Shown here: positions 51,245-62,022 of the stretch, piece after piece | Position numbering within the stretch: position 1 is the first letter of the stretch | How the letters are laid out: every line of letters starts with the position of its first letter | Assembly (NCBI GenBank): GCA_003427395.1 | Contig: BFEA01000012.1 | Span: 1,035,059-1,099,058 of the forward strand | From: Chara braunii | Lineage: Eukaryota; Plantae; Charophyceae | Length of the DNA stretch: 64,000 nucleotides | Direction of reading: 5' to 3' | Made by a program: the position numbers and the translations under genes | The notes under the pieces: generated by a model | The model's database searches: none | Told to the model about the DNA's origin: nothing | What the model saw: the letters and a program-made list of their open reading frames with translations, nothing else

Positions 51245-53591
51245 ATATTTTCTTCATGAATGCCTGAATGTTCAGATAACTCCCTCGTCCATACCAGCTC
51301 CTGAGGTCCTGTCCTGCTCAACTCGTTGAGTTCAATCGGATCTCGTGAGGACCAGTATCGTTGAATTTAAGGAGACCAGCAAGATCGGGTGATCTTGTTC
51401 CGTCCCTCTCTCTGCTCCTCGTTATCCGATGATTAATGTATGAGTGATCTCTCACACATGTATCGATTGAGTTGTTACCTCGATGATGAAAGCAAAGTAG
51501 GAACCTGATGTGATCATTTTTTATTTATTTTTTTAAATATGCCCCCTCAAGTGCTAGTGGTGTTGGTAAGAGCAGCCACCGCTAGCACCAGGGGAAAGAC
51601 TCCATCTATTGGTGGGGAGCATCACCTGCTGAAAAATGTCTCGATTGTATGTAGTTGTATCGACCCAGACCAGTTATGTACAATTGTATGGTTATGTATA
51701 CAACCCTATGCTTGTACGAATTGAATGATGTATGTTATGTGTGAGTTGTGTTGTTCTACGTACCCAAACCCACAATCATCATCACGTAACAGACATCCTC
51801 TACCATATGTACTACAACTCCAACCAATGGTTCTAAATGTGTGATATGCTAAATTGGGGAGATCATGAGAACAACGTATGGGCAACATCCTCAGGCGACC
51901 CCATGCTTAGTCAAGCCCCGACATACAACAATCTTGGACTGAATCCTTTGAGTGCTGCAACAATATTTGCAGTCCTTACCGGACACCAATCCCAAGGGAA
52001 ATATGTGTAGAGTCGTGCATTGATAAACCCAAGAGACGGTTTAAGACCAAAGCAATGACAGAACATGAGGCATAAATTCAATTTAAACAGAACCTAAGGA
52101 ATGACATCAGAGCAGACTGGATTAGAAAAGTGAATTGGTAAGAGTAGTGATCACTTAGGGAGTGGGCCTGTTTCCGAACATGTGCTGCTCCCCACGAATA
52201 GAATGGAGTCTTTTGTGTGGGGGAAAAAAAAAAAAGTGGTTCAAAAGACTTAGTCAGAAGAGGAAAAACAGACATTAATTACACAGAAGGGCCGATTGGT
52301 ACCTGGCATTTTTTTACGATATAAAAAAAAGACATTCTATGCCTCACTGCCTACTACCCTACAGACGTAATGGGTAGATGGTCTATGCAGCAGGTTGTCA
52401 TCACCGTCATATGACTAAGCAATCAGCAATTACAATGTTCAGGGACGTTGGACCCGCTTTCCAATAGGTGCTGCTCCCCAGCATTATGCCATCAACCGCA
52501 CACCCGGTTGCACACAAAACGGACCAAACAGATTCAACAGGGTTACCATCCTTGGACCACATCATCTAACCAACATACGATGGTTGGGAATTAGTTTCGG
52601 ACCATACGCTTTTGGGACTCAGGACTCGCAGCCGCAGATCTACCTCATCCAAGGCCTACAACGAGCATAGTCAATTCCACTTTGTGGATCCACGATGAAC
52701 AAACAACTACTCAGCATCTACGGCTACCAGGATTTGGCAGGTCAATTCACCCTGGCTGAAGCACGGCCTCGTCCGCTCGTCCGGTCCCACTGCCTTGTCC
52801 AGCGACGGTATAAGTCACAAGTGACTGTCGAGCCAAGATAGCTTGCGAGCCCTCCCGAGCTGTGCCTTCCAGGCTGTTGGGCCTGTTTCCCAACACGTGC
52901 TGCTCCCCACGGAAAGAATGGAGCCTTTTGTGTGGGGGAAAAAAAAAAAGTGGTTGAAAAGACTTAGGCAGAAGAGGAAAAAGTGACAGTAATTACACAG
53001 GAGGGCCGATTGGTACTTACGTCCTGGCATTTTTTTATGATATAAAAAAAAAACATTCTATGCCTCACCGCCGACTACCCTACAGACGTAATGGGTAGAT
53101 GGTCTATGCAGCAGGTTGACATCACTGTCATATGACTAAGCAATCAGCAATTACAATGTTCAGGGATGTTGGACCCGCTTTCCAATAGGTGCTTCTCCCC
53201 AGCATTATGTCAGCAACCGCACACCCGGTTGCACACAAAACGGACCAAACAGATTCAACATGGTCACCATCCTCGGACCACATCATCTAACCGACATACG
53301 GCGGTTGGGAATTAGTTTCGGACCATACACTTTTGGGACTTAGGACTCGCAGCCGCAGATCTACCTCATCCAAGGCCTACAGCGAGCATAGTCAATTTCA
53401 CTTTGTGGATCCACGATGAACAAACAACTACTCAACATCTACGGCTACCAGGATTTGGCAGGTCAACTCACCCTGGCTGAAGCACGGCCTGGTCCGCTCG
53501 TCCGGTCCCACTGCCCTGTCCAGCGACAGTATAAGTCACAGGTGACTGTCCAGCTACGATAGCTTGTGAGGCCTCCCGAGTTGTGCCTTCC
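47713..53591. repeat. Tandem segmental duplication: copy 1 47713-50462, copy 2 50465-52870, partial copy 3 ~52876-53591
   Basis: Long near-identical blocks, e.g. 48858.. vs 51241.. and 49780-50440 vs 52163-52825 vs 52878-53545, with scattered substitutions. Confidence 0.93.
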
Positions 53592-53989
53592 CGGCCCCGA
53601 CCTTTGCAGCGTTCATTACAAACGCAAACCTGAGCGCACGCCACACAAGGGTCAGGTCCTCAGAGGTCGAGTCCTTTTCCCTGACCTTGATTTGGTGAAG
53701 CGGTCCCTCCCGCCCTCGATTTTCCCACGGTGTGCGGGCCTGCGGCCCACCTTTCCGACTCACTTCTGTGCGATCTGGTATCATCTATGGACTATCAATT
53801 TCCTATTTTATTTGGAAGGGACCCGTGTACTAATAGATGGAGCCTTCCCGAGAGTGCTACTGGTTGTGGTGCCTGCTCTTATCAGCAACCCTAGCGTTCA
53901 CTCGGGTTGTTTAAAAAAAAAAGAAAAAAAAGTCTCACCCCCTCTTTGTACCCACCTGACAACCTTTGTTGTCGTGTTGTCTACACCTA

Positions 53990-54400
53990 CAACAGCAGCC
54001 AATGGTCTGCGAATGGGCTGCCACCCCCATTTCACACCCCCTCACAAAATCACACAAACCTTCCAACTACTGTTCCGCCTCACCGCTACTGGTACTGAAG
54101 TGATGACCTTAGCTTCCATAGACACATATGACAGCAGTTTACGGGCTGTGAACGGGCTGCCACCCCCATTTCACACCCCCTCACAAAATCACAGACCTCC
54201 CAACCACCCACTCCGCCCACTGCAGCTTCCATAGACACATACGACAGAGCAGTCTACGGGCTGTGAACGGGCTGCCACTCCCATTTCACACCCCCTCACA
54301 AAATCACACACACCTCCCAACTACCAGCTCCGCCCTCTAGTGGGGCCTCTGCTGCCATGGACACATACAACAACAGTCTACGGGCTGCCAACTGGCTGTG
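53990..54400. repeat. Imperfect ~110-135 bp tandem repeat, 3-4 copies
   Basis: GGGCTGCCACCCCCATTTCACACCCCCTCACAAAATCACA recurs at ~54015, ~54154 and ~54269, with a partial fourth copy. Confidence 0.85.
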
Positions 54401-54453
54401 AACATTTTCCGCAGATTTCGAAGCCTCTTCTCTTTCCGCCACCATTGAAAGCG

Positions 54454-54555
54454 AAAAAATTTGGACCATTTCTCGATTTGTGCGTATCATTTTTGCGCAG
54501 GGGCCATGCTAATCTTCTCTGTATCGTTCCAATTGTAACAGATGTCCCGATGGAC
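54454..54555 (-). ncRNA. U6: Full-length U6 spliceosomal snRNA (variant)
   Basis: Minus strand reads GTCCATCGGGACATCTGTTACAATTGGAACGATACAGAGAAGATTAGCATGGCCCCTGCGCAAAAATGATACGCACAAATCGAGAAATGGTCCAAATTTTTT, with 5' hairpin, ACAGAGA box, AGC triad and oligo-T terminator. Confidence 0.95.
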
Positions 54556-54582
54556 AAATGGGGTTAGTCAACCTCCAAAGGC

Positions 54583-54625
54583 ATATAGTACTGCGGTAGC
54601 AGAGATTTTGGAAGTTATGGGTGAC
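54583..54625 (-). promoter_or_regulatory. Putative Pol III type-3 promoter (TATA-like and USE-like) for U6
   Basis: CTATAT at -33..-28 and GTCACCCATAA at -70..-60, which matches plant USE/TATA spacing. The USE differs from the angiosperm RTCCCACATCG. Confidence 0.55.
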
Positions 54626-55024
54626 TTTCCATAGAAAAACGAATAATCCCCGAGGAAAACGCTCCTCTCGCAAGCAAAGACTGGAATGCAGATGGCAACG
54701 GCAAATGGAAAAGTGGGGAGACGTTAAGCGGCAGGTAGTCGTACGATTTTGAGCCTTTTTTTTTATCGGGCTGCTATCTTCTCTGTTCCGTTCGAAATTT
54801 GACCTGTAAAGAGAGATGGAGAGGCAGGCGCCCCAGAGCACTGGAGGCTAGCAGGCCTTGGCCGTAGATTCGTTAGATCTACGGCGCCAATGATATTATA
54901 GCGTGTTACTTCGTTCCTCTGGAACCAAGAACCCAGAGAGAGAGACGCACTGCCCCCGAGCGAGAGGGAACGGCGGCTAGGAGAGAGAGAGGCCTCTCGT
55001 CTTCTTCCATCTCCTGCGACCCGC

Positions 55025-55028
<4 letters not shown>

Positions 55029-55081
<53 letters not shown>

Positions 55082-55176
55082 TATGTCGTAGAGAGAGAAA
55101 CGCCATCGAGTGCCCCGTTAGAGAGAGGGAAGAGTTGCCATAATGTTCTGTGTATCCTTCAGGTTTTTCTGAAGAA

Positions 55177-55232
<56 letters not shown>
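55029..55232 (+). repeat. Two (GA)n tracts in the RRP45 upstream/5' UTR region
   Basis: GA runs at ~55029-55077 and ~55180-55232. Confidence 0.9.
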
Positions 55233-55235
<3 letters not shown>

Positions 55236-55388
55236 CACCGGGGTGGAGAGAGGGTGAAGAAGGGGGGGGGCTTTGTCGATGAATTACTTGGTAGTAGGGA
55301 GGGAGTAGTGCATTCCGGGGGTCTGATGTGCGTGCATGCGTGTGTGTCTTAAGAGAAAGCAGCAAGAGAGCACAGCGGGCGGGAAGAG

Positions 55389-57371
55389 ATGCCTGTTGAT
55401 CCGGAAATCATCTCGAACAATGAGAAGGACTTCATCTTGTCCGCTCTCAAGGAGGATCAACGGATCGACGGTCGTCGACCGTTCGATCTACGTCGTGTCA
55501 GCGTCGCTTTTGGCAAAGAAGACGGTACCGTCGAGGTGCAATGGGGCCAAACCCGCGTAATGGCGGCGGTGACGGGCGAGCTCGTTCAGCCCTATCGCGA
55601 CCGTTCAAACGAGGGATCGTTGTCGATCTACACGGAGTTTTCTCCCATGGCCGATCCAAGCTTCGAGACCGGAAGGCCGGGAGCTATGGCCGTAGAGCTG
55701 GGTCGGATTGTGGACAGAGGGCTGAGGGAGAGCCAGGCCGTCGATCTGGAGGCCTTGTCTGTGGTTGCAGGGCAGCTGGTGTGGGCCGTCCGCGTGGACA
55801 TCCACGTGCTCGATAATGGCGGCAATCTGATAGATGCAGCGAATCTGGCCGCTCTGATGGGTCTGCTTGCCTTCCGCCGCCCTGAGTGTACCGTTGGCGA
55901 GAACCGAGAGGTGGTCGTTCACCCCCCCGACGTTAGGGACCCGATCCCGTTGAGCATTCATCACCTTCCCGTGGCGCTTACCTTCGCTTTCTTCGACGAG
56001 GATCTCGTGCTTCTGGATCCTTCTCTCAAGGAGGAAGCGACCATGGGCGGGAGATTGACGATCACCATCAACTCCCACGGCGAAGTGTGCTGCGTACAAA
56101 AGGCAGGCGGGATCGGGGTGAGCCCTAATCAGATAATGCGGTGCATGCGGATTGCGGCAACGAGAGCGGCCGATATGGCAGGCAAGATCAGGAGTGTGAT
56201 GGAGACGTTCGAGAGCGCCAGGGCGCAGAGGAAAGTCAAGCGCTACGCTACGGGATCAAAGCCTGGAGCGGCCTTGGTATCTTGGGGGGGTTTGAAAGAC
56301 CTAATCTTGTCATCGGACGAGCCGGAGACCATGAGAGGGGTAATCAATGGCCTGCCGCTGACCAAGGATGGGCTCCTGCTGCGCAGAAAGGAAGGGGGGG
56401 GCGCTCCGCCCCCGAATGGGGGTGGCTTGAAGGTTCGCCCGGGCACGGTTGAGGGGCAGCCAGTAGGGTTGAATGCGCCATCGCCGCCGCCGGCGGCGGC
56501 GGCGGCGGAGAAAATGATTACCTCGGACAACGAGAATGATGATGGAGAGGATGACGTGGACGACGACGATGAGGACGAAGAAGATGGAGAAGAGGAAGAG
56601 GAGGAGGAGGAGGAGGAGGAGGAGAAGGAAGAGGAGGAGGAAGAGGGGGAAGAGAAGGAGCCAGCGGCCGAGGCGAAGCGCAAACGAGTATCTTGGGGGG
56701 GGGCGGAAATGTTTTCCGGAGGGGGTTCTGGGTGGGAAATGGGGGGCATGATGGGAAATGATCAGCAACCCCTCGGAGACGTGCCAATGAGGACTGGGGA
56801 AGAAGAAGGCCCGAATGAGGGGGAAGGGGATGCGCATAACAGCGCCATTCGAGCGGAAGCACTGGAGTTCTTGAGAGGCACGCAAGCGTGGCGCGGGCCA
56901 AGCGGTATTGCGATGGCTCCGCCCCCAACGCTCCAGTCGGAGACTGAGGGATACCTGATGTCTGCTGCAGCCATTTATGCTAGGGAGCGCGCGGCAGGCC
57001 AGGCGGTCGCCTCGACACGTGATCCCGGACCGCCTGGCCCTTTTGGAGCAGCAGCAGCTGTCCGCGGACCGGTCCTGGGAGGGCAGCCCGCCTTTGACCG
57101 TACGACGGGGGCTCTCGGTGGCAGCGACGACGAGGAAGAGGCCGTGGAATTGAGGGGGGAGTTTGAAGGCGATTTTCCCGCCTTCTCCGATCGGCCCCCT
57201 CGCGGATCCACTCCTCAGCAGTTTGGGAGAGGAAGGGAAGGCCGAGAGGGAGGGGGAGGGGGGCAAGTAGTAGAAGAAGAAGGAGATGAGAAGGCGGAGG
57301 AGACGTTGCTGGCAGCCGTGAAGCTGAAACCGAAGAACAGAAAACACAAAAAAATGGGGGCCAAGGGTTGA
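55389..57371 (+). CDS. RRP45: Exosome complex component RRP45/EXOSC9 (RNase PH-like), 660 aa, intronless, with a long acidic C-terminal tail
   Basis: RIDGRR, QPYRDRSNEGSLSIYTEFSPMADPSFE.GRPG..AVELGRIVDRGLRES.AVDLE, VWAVRVDIHVLDNGGNLIDAAN, FRRPECTVG, PLSIHHLP and VQKAGG match plant RRP45. Basic C-terminal NLS-like KLKPKNRKHKK. Confidence 0.95.
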   Translation: MPVDPEIISNNEKDFILSALKEDQRIDGRRPFDLRRVSVAFGKEDGTVEVQWGQTRVMAAVTGELVQPYRDRSNEGSLSIYTEFSPMADPSFETGRPGAMAVELGRIVDRGLRESQAVDLEALSVVAGQLVWAVRVDIHVLDNGGNLIDAANLAALMGLLAFRRPECTVGENREVVVHPPDVRDPIPLSIHHLPVALTFAFFDEDLVLLDPSLKEEATMGGRLTITINSHGEVCCVQKAGGIGVSPNQIMRCMRIAATRAADMAGKIRSVMETFESARAQRKVKRYATGSKPGAALVSWGGLKDLILSSDEPETMRGVINGLPLTKDGLLLRRKEGGGAPPPNGGGLKVRPGTVEGQPVGLNAPSPPPAAAAAEKMITSDNENDDGEDDVDDDDEDEEDGEEEEEEEEEEEEKEEEEEEGEEKEPAAEAKRKRVSWGGAEMFSGGGSGWEMGGMMGNDQQPLGDVPMRTGEEEGPNEGEGDAHNSAIRAEALEFLRGTQAWRGPSGIAMAPPPTLQSETEGYLMSAAAIYARERAAGQAVASTRDPGPPGPFGAAAAVRGPVLGGQPAFDRTTGALGGSDDEEEAVELRGEFEGDFPAFSDRPPRGSTPQQFGRGREGREGGGGGQVVEEEGDEKAEETLLAAVKLKPKNRKHKKMGAKG

Positions 57372-57632
57372 AATTTTGAAAGGGGTCTAGAAACGCAGTG
57401 TTTCCTCACCCCTGCTGAGCTATGCCGTGAGGTGTGTTGCCTAGCAGCTATGCTCCCCTGTAGGTAGCCTGAAGTACAATTCTGTCCGTGTTACCTTATC
57501 ACAGCCCCCTCCCTCTTTCCCTATTGTCTCTCTTTCGACTTTTGAGAGTTTTTATTCAAGAAGAAATTGTTCCGTCATTGTCTCCTGTCTGATGGCTGAC
57601 AGAGTCTTTACGCATGTGCGTGTGTGCGTGCG

Positions 57633-57700
<68 letters not shown>

Positions 57701-58629
57701 NNNNNNNNNNNNNNNNNNNNNNNNNNNNNNNNNNNNNNNNNNNNNNNNNNNNNNNNNNNNNNNNNNNNNNNNNNNNNNNNNNNNNNNNNNNNNNNNNNNN
57801 NNNNNNNNNNNNNNNNNNNNNNNNNNNNNNNNNNNNNNNNNNNNNNNNNNNNNNNNNNNNNNNNNNNNNNNNNNNNNNNNNNNNNNNNNNNNNNNNNNNN
57901 NNNNNNNNNNNNNNNNNNNNNNNNNNNNNNNNNNNNNNNNNNNNNNNNNNNNNNNNNNNNNNNNNNNNNNNNNNNNNNNNNNNNNNNNNNNNNNNNNNNN
58001 NNNNNNNNNNNNNNNNNNNNNNNNNNNNNNNNNNNNNNNNNNNNNNNNNNNNNNNNNNNNNNNNNNNNNNNNNNNNNNNNNNNNNNNNNNNNNNNNNNNN
58101 NNNNNNNNNNNNNNNNNNNNNNNNNNNNNNNNNNNNNNNNNNNNNNNNNNNNNNNNNNNNNNNNNNNNNNNNNNNNNNNNNNNNNNNNNNNNNNNNNNNN
58201 NNNNNNNNNNNNNNNNNNNNNNNNNNNNNNNNNNNNNNNNNNNNNNNNNNNNNNNNNNNNNNNNNNNNNNNNNNNNNNNNNNNNNNNNNNNNNNNNNNNN
58301 NNNNNNNNNNNNNNNNNNNNNNNNNNNNNNNNNNNNNNNNNNNNNNNNNNNNNNNNNNNNNNNNNNNNNNNNNNNNNNNNNNNNNNNNNNNNNNNNNNNN
58401 NNNNNNNNNNNNNNNNNNNNNNNNNNNNNNNNNNCCCCCTCTTCCTCCTTCCTCCTCCCCCTCCTCTCCCTCCTTCCTCCACCTCCTCTCTCACATGATG
58501 GTTGGCAATTTTTCTTCCCCAACTCGCACTTCTTTTTTTGGTATTTCTTTCGTTTCCTCTACGTCTCGTTTCTTTTTCGTGATTCTGAAATCCACAATTT
58601 CCATGCTCAAGACAAGTAACAAAAAGAAA

Positions 58630-58785
58630 AACTTTTTGCGTGTTCCAAACAAAAGAAGGAAAAAAAACGTTTTGTATGTTCCAAACAAAAGGAGGAAAAA
58701 AAACGTTTTGCATGTTCCAAACAAAAGGAGGAAAAAAACGGTTTGCATGTTCCAAACAAAGGGAGGGAAAAAACGTTTTGCGTGC
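58630..58785. repeat. ~33-bp minisatellite, 4-5 copies
   Basis: Unit TTTTGCATGTTCCAAACAAAAGGAGGAAAAAAACG. Confidence 0.85.
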
Positions 58786-58854
58786 TCCCCTTCAATATTT
58801 CGGCCTTCTACTGTTGTTATGATTTATCACCTGACAAGCTATATTGGGTTGCTA

Positions 58855-58962
58855 CCGTCTTCACCCGAATAGAACGCTGGGTCAATTGTACCTGTGTATC
58901 TTGACTGAAATTGCACCAAACACCGGATATAATGGCCGGGCGTTCTATACGGGTTAAGACGG
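58855..58962. mobile_element. 108-bp Tc1/mariner (pogo/Tc2-like) MITE with TA TSD
   Basis: TA-CCGTCTTCACCCGAATAGAACGC ... GCGTTCTATACGGGTTAAGACGG-TA: 23-bp TIRs with 2 mismatches, inserted in GCTAGC. Confidence 0.75.
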
Positions 58963-59051
58963 TAGCGGGTTATTATGATTCATCAGATGTGATCATGTAA
59001 TGATTTAGTAATCATGGTGATAAGTGATTTACGGCCTTTTGATTGGAATCC

Positions 59052-59266
59052 CCCTCTTGACGACGAGCGATTTACGGTATCTCACCCTCTTGACGACGAG
59101 CGATTTACGGTATCACCCTCTTGACGACGAGATATTTACGGTATCACCCTCTTGACGACGTGCGATTTACGGTATTACCCTCTTGACGACGAGCGATTTA
59201 CGGTACCACCCTCTTGACGACGAGCGATTTACGGTATTACCTTCTTGACGACGAGCGATTTACGGT
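59052..59266. repeat. 31-bp minisatellite, 7 copies
   Basis: Unit CCCTCTTGACGACGAGCGATTTACGGTATCA with no spacers. Confidence 0.92.
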
Positions 59267-59738
59267 GAGTACTTGCCAACTTGCAAGCTATGTATCCGCC
59301 TCGCGATCGATTCGATTCGTTCGGGCGAGCAAATGATTTGACCATCGGACACGTCGATGTAATCAACGTGCCATTTAATGAGCACATCTTCCGGCGATTG
59401 AGTGATTAATTCACGTGGAGGTAATCGAGACACGTGGAGGTTAAAGCGTGTAATTGAGCCCACGTGGAGGTAATCTAGACACGTGGAGGTAACAGCGCGT
59501 GTAATTGAGTGAGTACATCAGCATCTGGCCATAACAGGATAAGGGCGTTTGATCAGCTGACACGTGGCTTAAATTATCTTGAAATATCGTAATTGAATCC
59601 ATATGACGAGGATGGCATACGCAAGCATGGCCTCTACACCCATGAACTGTCGAAATATGAATCAGACTCAAGTTCTGATCCAGATACACAATCAGATGCG
59701 CAGAATAACACAATTCTGAATTACCTTGGGGGGGGCGG

Positions 59739-60114
59739 TCAGCTTCAATGATGATGATATCAAAAGGCCGTCCTCTAGGCTGCCAGAGTGGCCCGGGGTC
59801 ACTTGCCCGGCCAGGCCAAAAAAAAAAAGAAAAAAAGAAGGAAATTGAGGCAAATTCTTTACCCAATTTTTGTTTTTTCCTTCTTTTTTTCGTTTTTTTT
59901 TTGGCCTGGCCGGGCAAGTGACCCCGGGCCACTCTGGCAGCCTAGGCGACAGCCTTTTGATATCATCATCATTGAAGCTGATCGAAATTCTTTACCCTTT
60001 TTTTTTTTCCCTTCTTTTTTTCTTTTTTTTTTTGGCCCGGCCGGGCAAGAGACCCCGGGCCACTCTGGTAGCCTAGAGGACGGCCTTTTGATATCATCAT
60101 CATTGAAGCTGACC
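59739..60114. repeat. Foldback plus tandem copies of a MITE end with its flank
   Basis: An ~80-bp arm at 59739-59817, inverted copies at ~59903-59981 and ~60034-60112, each with an A/T run. The arm contains CTAGGCTGCCAGAGTGGCCCGGG, matching the 12793 MITE end. Confidence 0.85.
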
Positions 60115-60946
60115 AAGGCAAATTCTTACCCAATTTTTTTTTCCCTTCTTTNNNNNNNNNNNNNNNNNNNNNNNNNNNNNNNNNNNNNNNNNNNNNNNNN
60201 NNNNNNNNNNNNNNNNNNNNNNNNNNNNNNNNNNNNNNNNNNNNNNNNNNNNNNNNNNNNNNNNNNNNNNNNNNNNNNNNNNNNNNNNNNNNNNNNNNNN
60301 NNNNNNNNNNNNNNNNNNNNNNNNNNNNNNNNNNNNNNNNNNNNNNNNNNNNNNNNNNNNNNNNNNNNNNNNNNNNNNNNNNNNNNNNNNNNNNNNNNNN
60401 NNNNNNNNNNNNNNNNNNNNNNNNNNNNNNNNNNNNNNNNNNNNNNNNNNNNNNNNNNNNNNNNNNNNNNNNNNNNNNNNNNNNNNNNNNNNNNNNNNNN
60501 NNNNNNNNNNNNNNNNNNNNNNNNNNNNNNNNNNNNNNNNNNNNNNNNNNNNNNNNNNNNNNNNNNNNNNNNNNNNNNNNNNNNNNNNNNNNNNNNNNNN
60601 NNNNNNNNNNNNNNNNNNNNNNNNNNNNNNNNNNNNNNNNNNNNNNNNNNNNNNNNNNNNNNNNNNNNNNNNNNNNNNNNNNNNNNNNNNNNNNNNNNNN
60701 NNNNNNNNNNNNNNNNNNNNNNNNNNNNNNNNNNNNNNNNNNNNNNNNNNNNNNNNNNNNNNNNNNNNNNNNNNNNNNNNNNNNNNNNNNNNNNNNNNNN
60801 NNNNNNNNNNNNNNNNNNNNNNNNNNNNNNNNNNNNNNNNNNNNNNNNNNNNNNNNNNNNNNNNNNNNNNNNNNNNNNNNNNNNNNNNNNNNNNNNNNNN
60901 NNNNNNNNNNNNNNNNNNNNNNNNNNNNNNNNNNNNNNNNNNNNNN

Positions 60947-61021
<75 letters not shown>

Positions 61022-61180
61022 CTGTACATAGTGGACTGTTTGTGTTGGATTGTTGTTTTTGCTTTGGTTTAGGAAATCTGCCACGAAAGGTGAGTGTCGC
61101 TCCATGGGGATTCTATTATGGTGGGCGGTGGGGTTTCTTTGGGAGCCGACACAGATGGGTGGAGTAGTTTAATACCCTGA

Positions 61181-62022
61181 ATCGCGAGGAGGAGGGTGGG
61201 TTTGCGGGGTCTTTGACCCCTGCTGCGCCGGTGGCGGGGTATTACTGCTGGTTTATGAGGATATTGGGTTTGGTCACATATTTGGGTTGAGCAATCGTGG
61301 GTTTGGTTTCCATCTTTTGTGGCAGGGTTTGGTTTTTGTAGTTATCTGAGTCTTTTTTCGCCGTTTGGGTAATAGTTGTCGTAATTTGATTGCGATTTTT
61401 GTGTCGCGTTTTGCATACGATGGAATGAAAGAGAGAGTGCCGTTTCTAGGGGCAGTGGGGTTTCCTTGTGAGAAGGTGCAGATTAGTGGAAGTGGTTTTC
61501 CCTACATCGCGAGGAGGCGGGTGGGTTTGCGGGGTCTTTTGACCCCTGCCGCGCGGTAGGTAGGGTTTTTCCGCTGGGACGTTGAATTTGGGTCAGATAG
61601 TCATTTCATCTTAATAGGCTGCTGTTTGCTGTCATCTGAATTCTCAAGGAGAAGTGGTGAGCAGTGCTTCACACTGTCAGGGGCTTCGTCATGGAGGGAG
61701 GGGAAGCATCCGTAGGGGGTGTATGCAGATTGAGGGAGAGGCTTACCCTAAATCACGAGGAGGGGGGTGGGTGGGTTTTGCGGGGCTTTTTAGCCCCCCT
61801 AAATCGTGAGGAGGGGGGTGGGTTTTGCAGGGCTTTTTAGCCCCTGCCGCGCGGGAGGTAGGGTAATCCCCCGGTTAGAGAAAACAGCATCGTGGTGGGA
61901 GTTGGTGTTTTGTTAAAAGGAGTGTGGGGAGGTGCTATCCGCTTTGAATCGCGAGGAGGTGGGTGGGTTTGTGGGGTCTCTGCCAGCAGTTTGGGGCCTG
62001 TAGGCACAGACCCCTGCCGCGG
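61181..62022 (+). repeat. Five ~50-bp G-rich direct repeats with a hairpin, separated by unique sequence
   Basis: ATCGCGAGGAGG..GGGTGGGTTTGCGGGGTC(T3-4)GACCCCTGCCGCG at ~61181, 61506, 61752, 61802 and 61947. Confidence 0.85.

Noticed and set aside
55605-57347. Antisense ORFs over RRP45
   Set aside because: Shadow frames of a GC-rich coding sequence.
59052-59266. CRISPR-like 31-bp repeats (also the 33-bp repeats at 20243-20506)
   Set aside because: Head-to-tail units with no unique spacers, no cas genes and a eukaryotic context, so these are minisatellites.
57556-61167. Long ORFs spanning N gaps and (GA)/(CA) repeats here and at 6.6-7.2, 18.9-19.6, 20.9-21.5 and 35.8-36.6 kb
   Set aside because: Artefacts of stop-free Ns and microsatellites.
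61500-61560. HDV-like ribozyme in the G-rich repeats (CCTCCTCGCG and hairpin-GCAAA on the minus strand)
   Set aside because: The elements are in the wrong order and the P1/P2/P3 pairings cannot be built.
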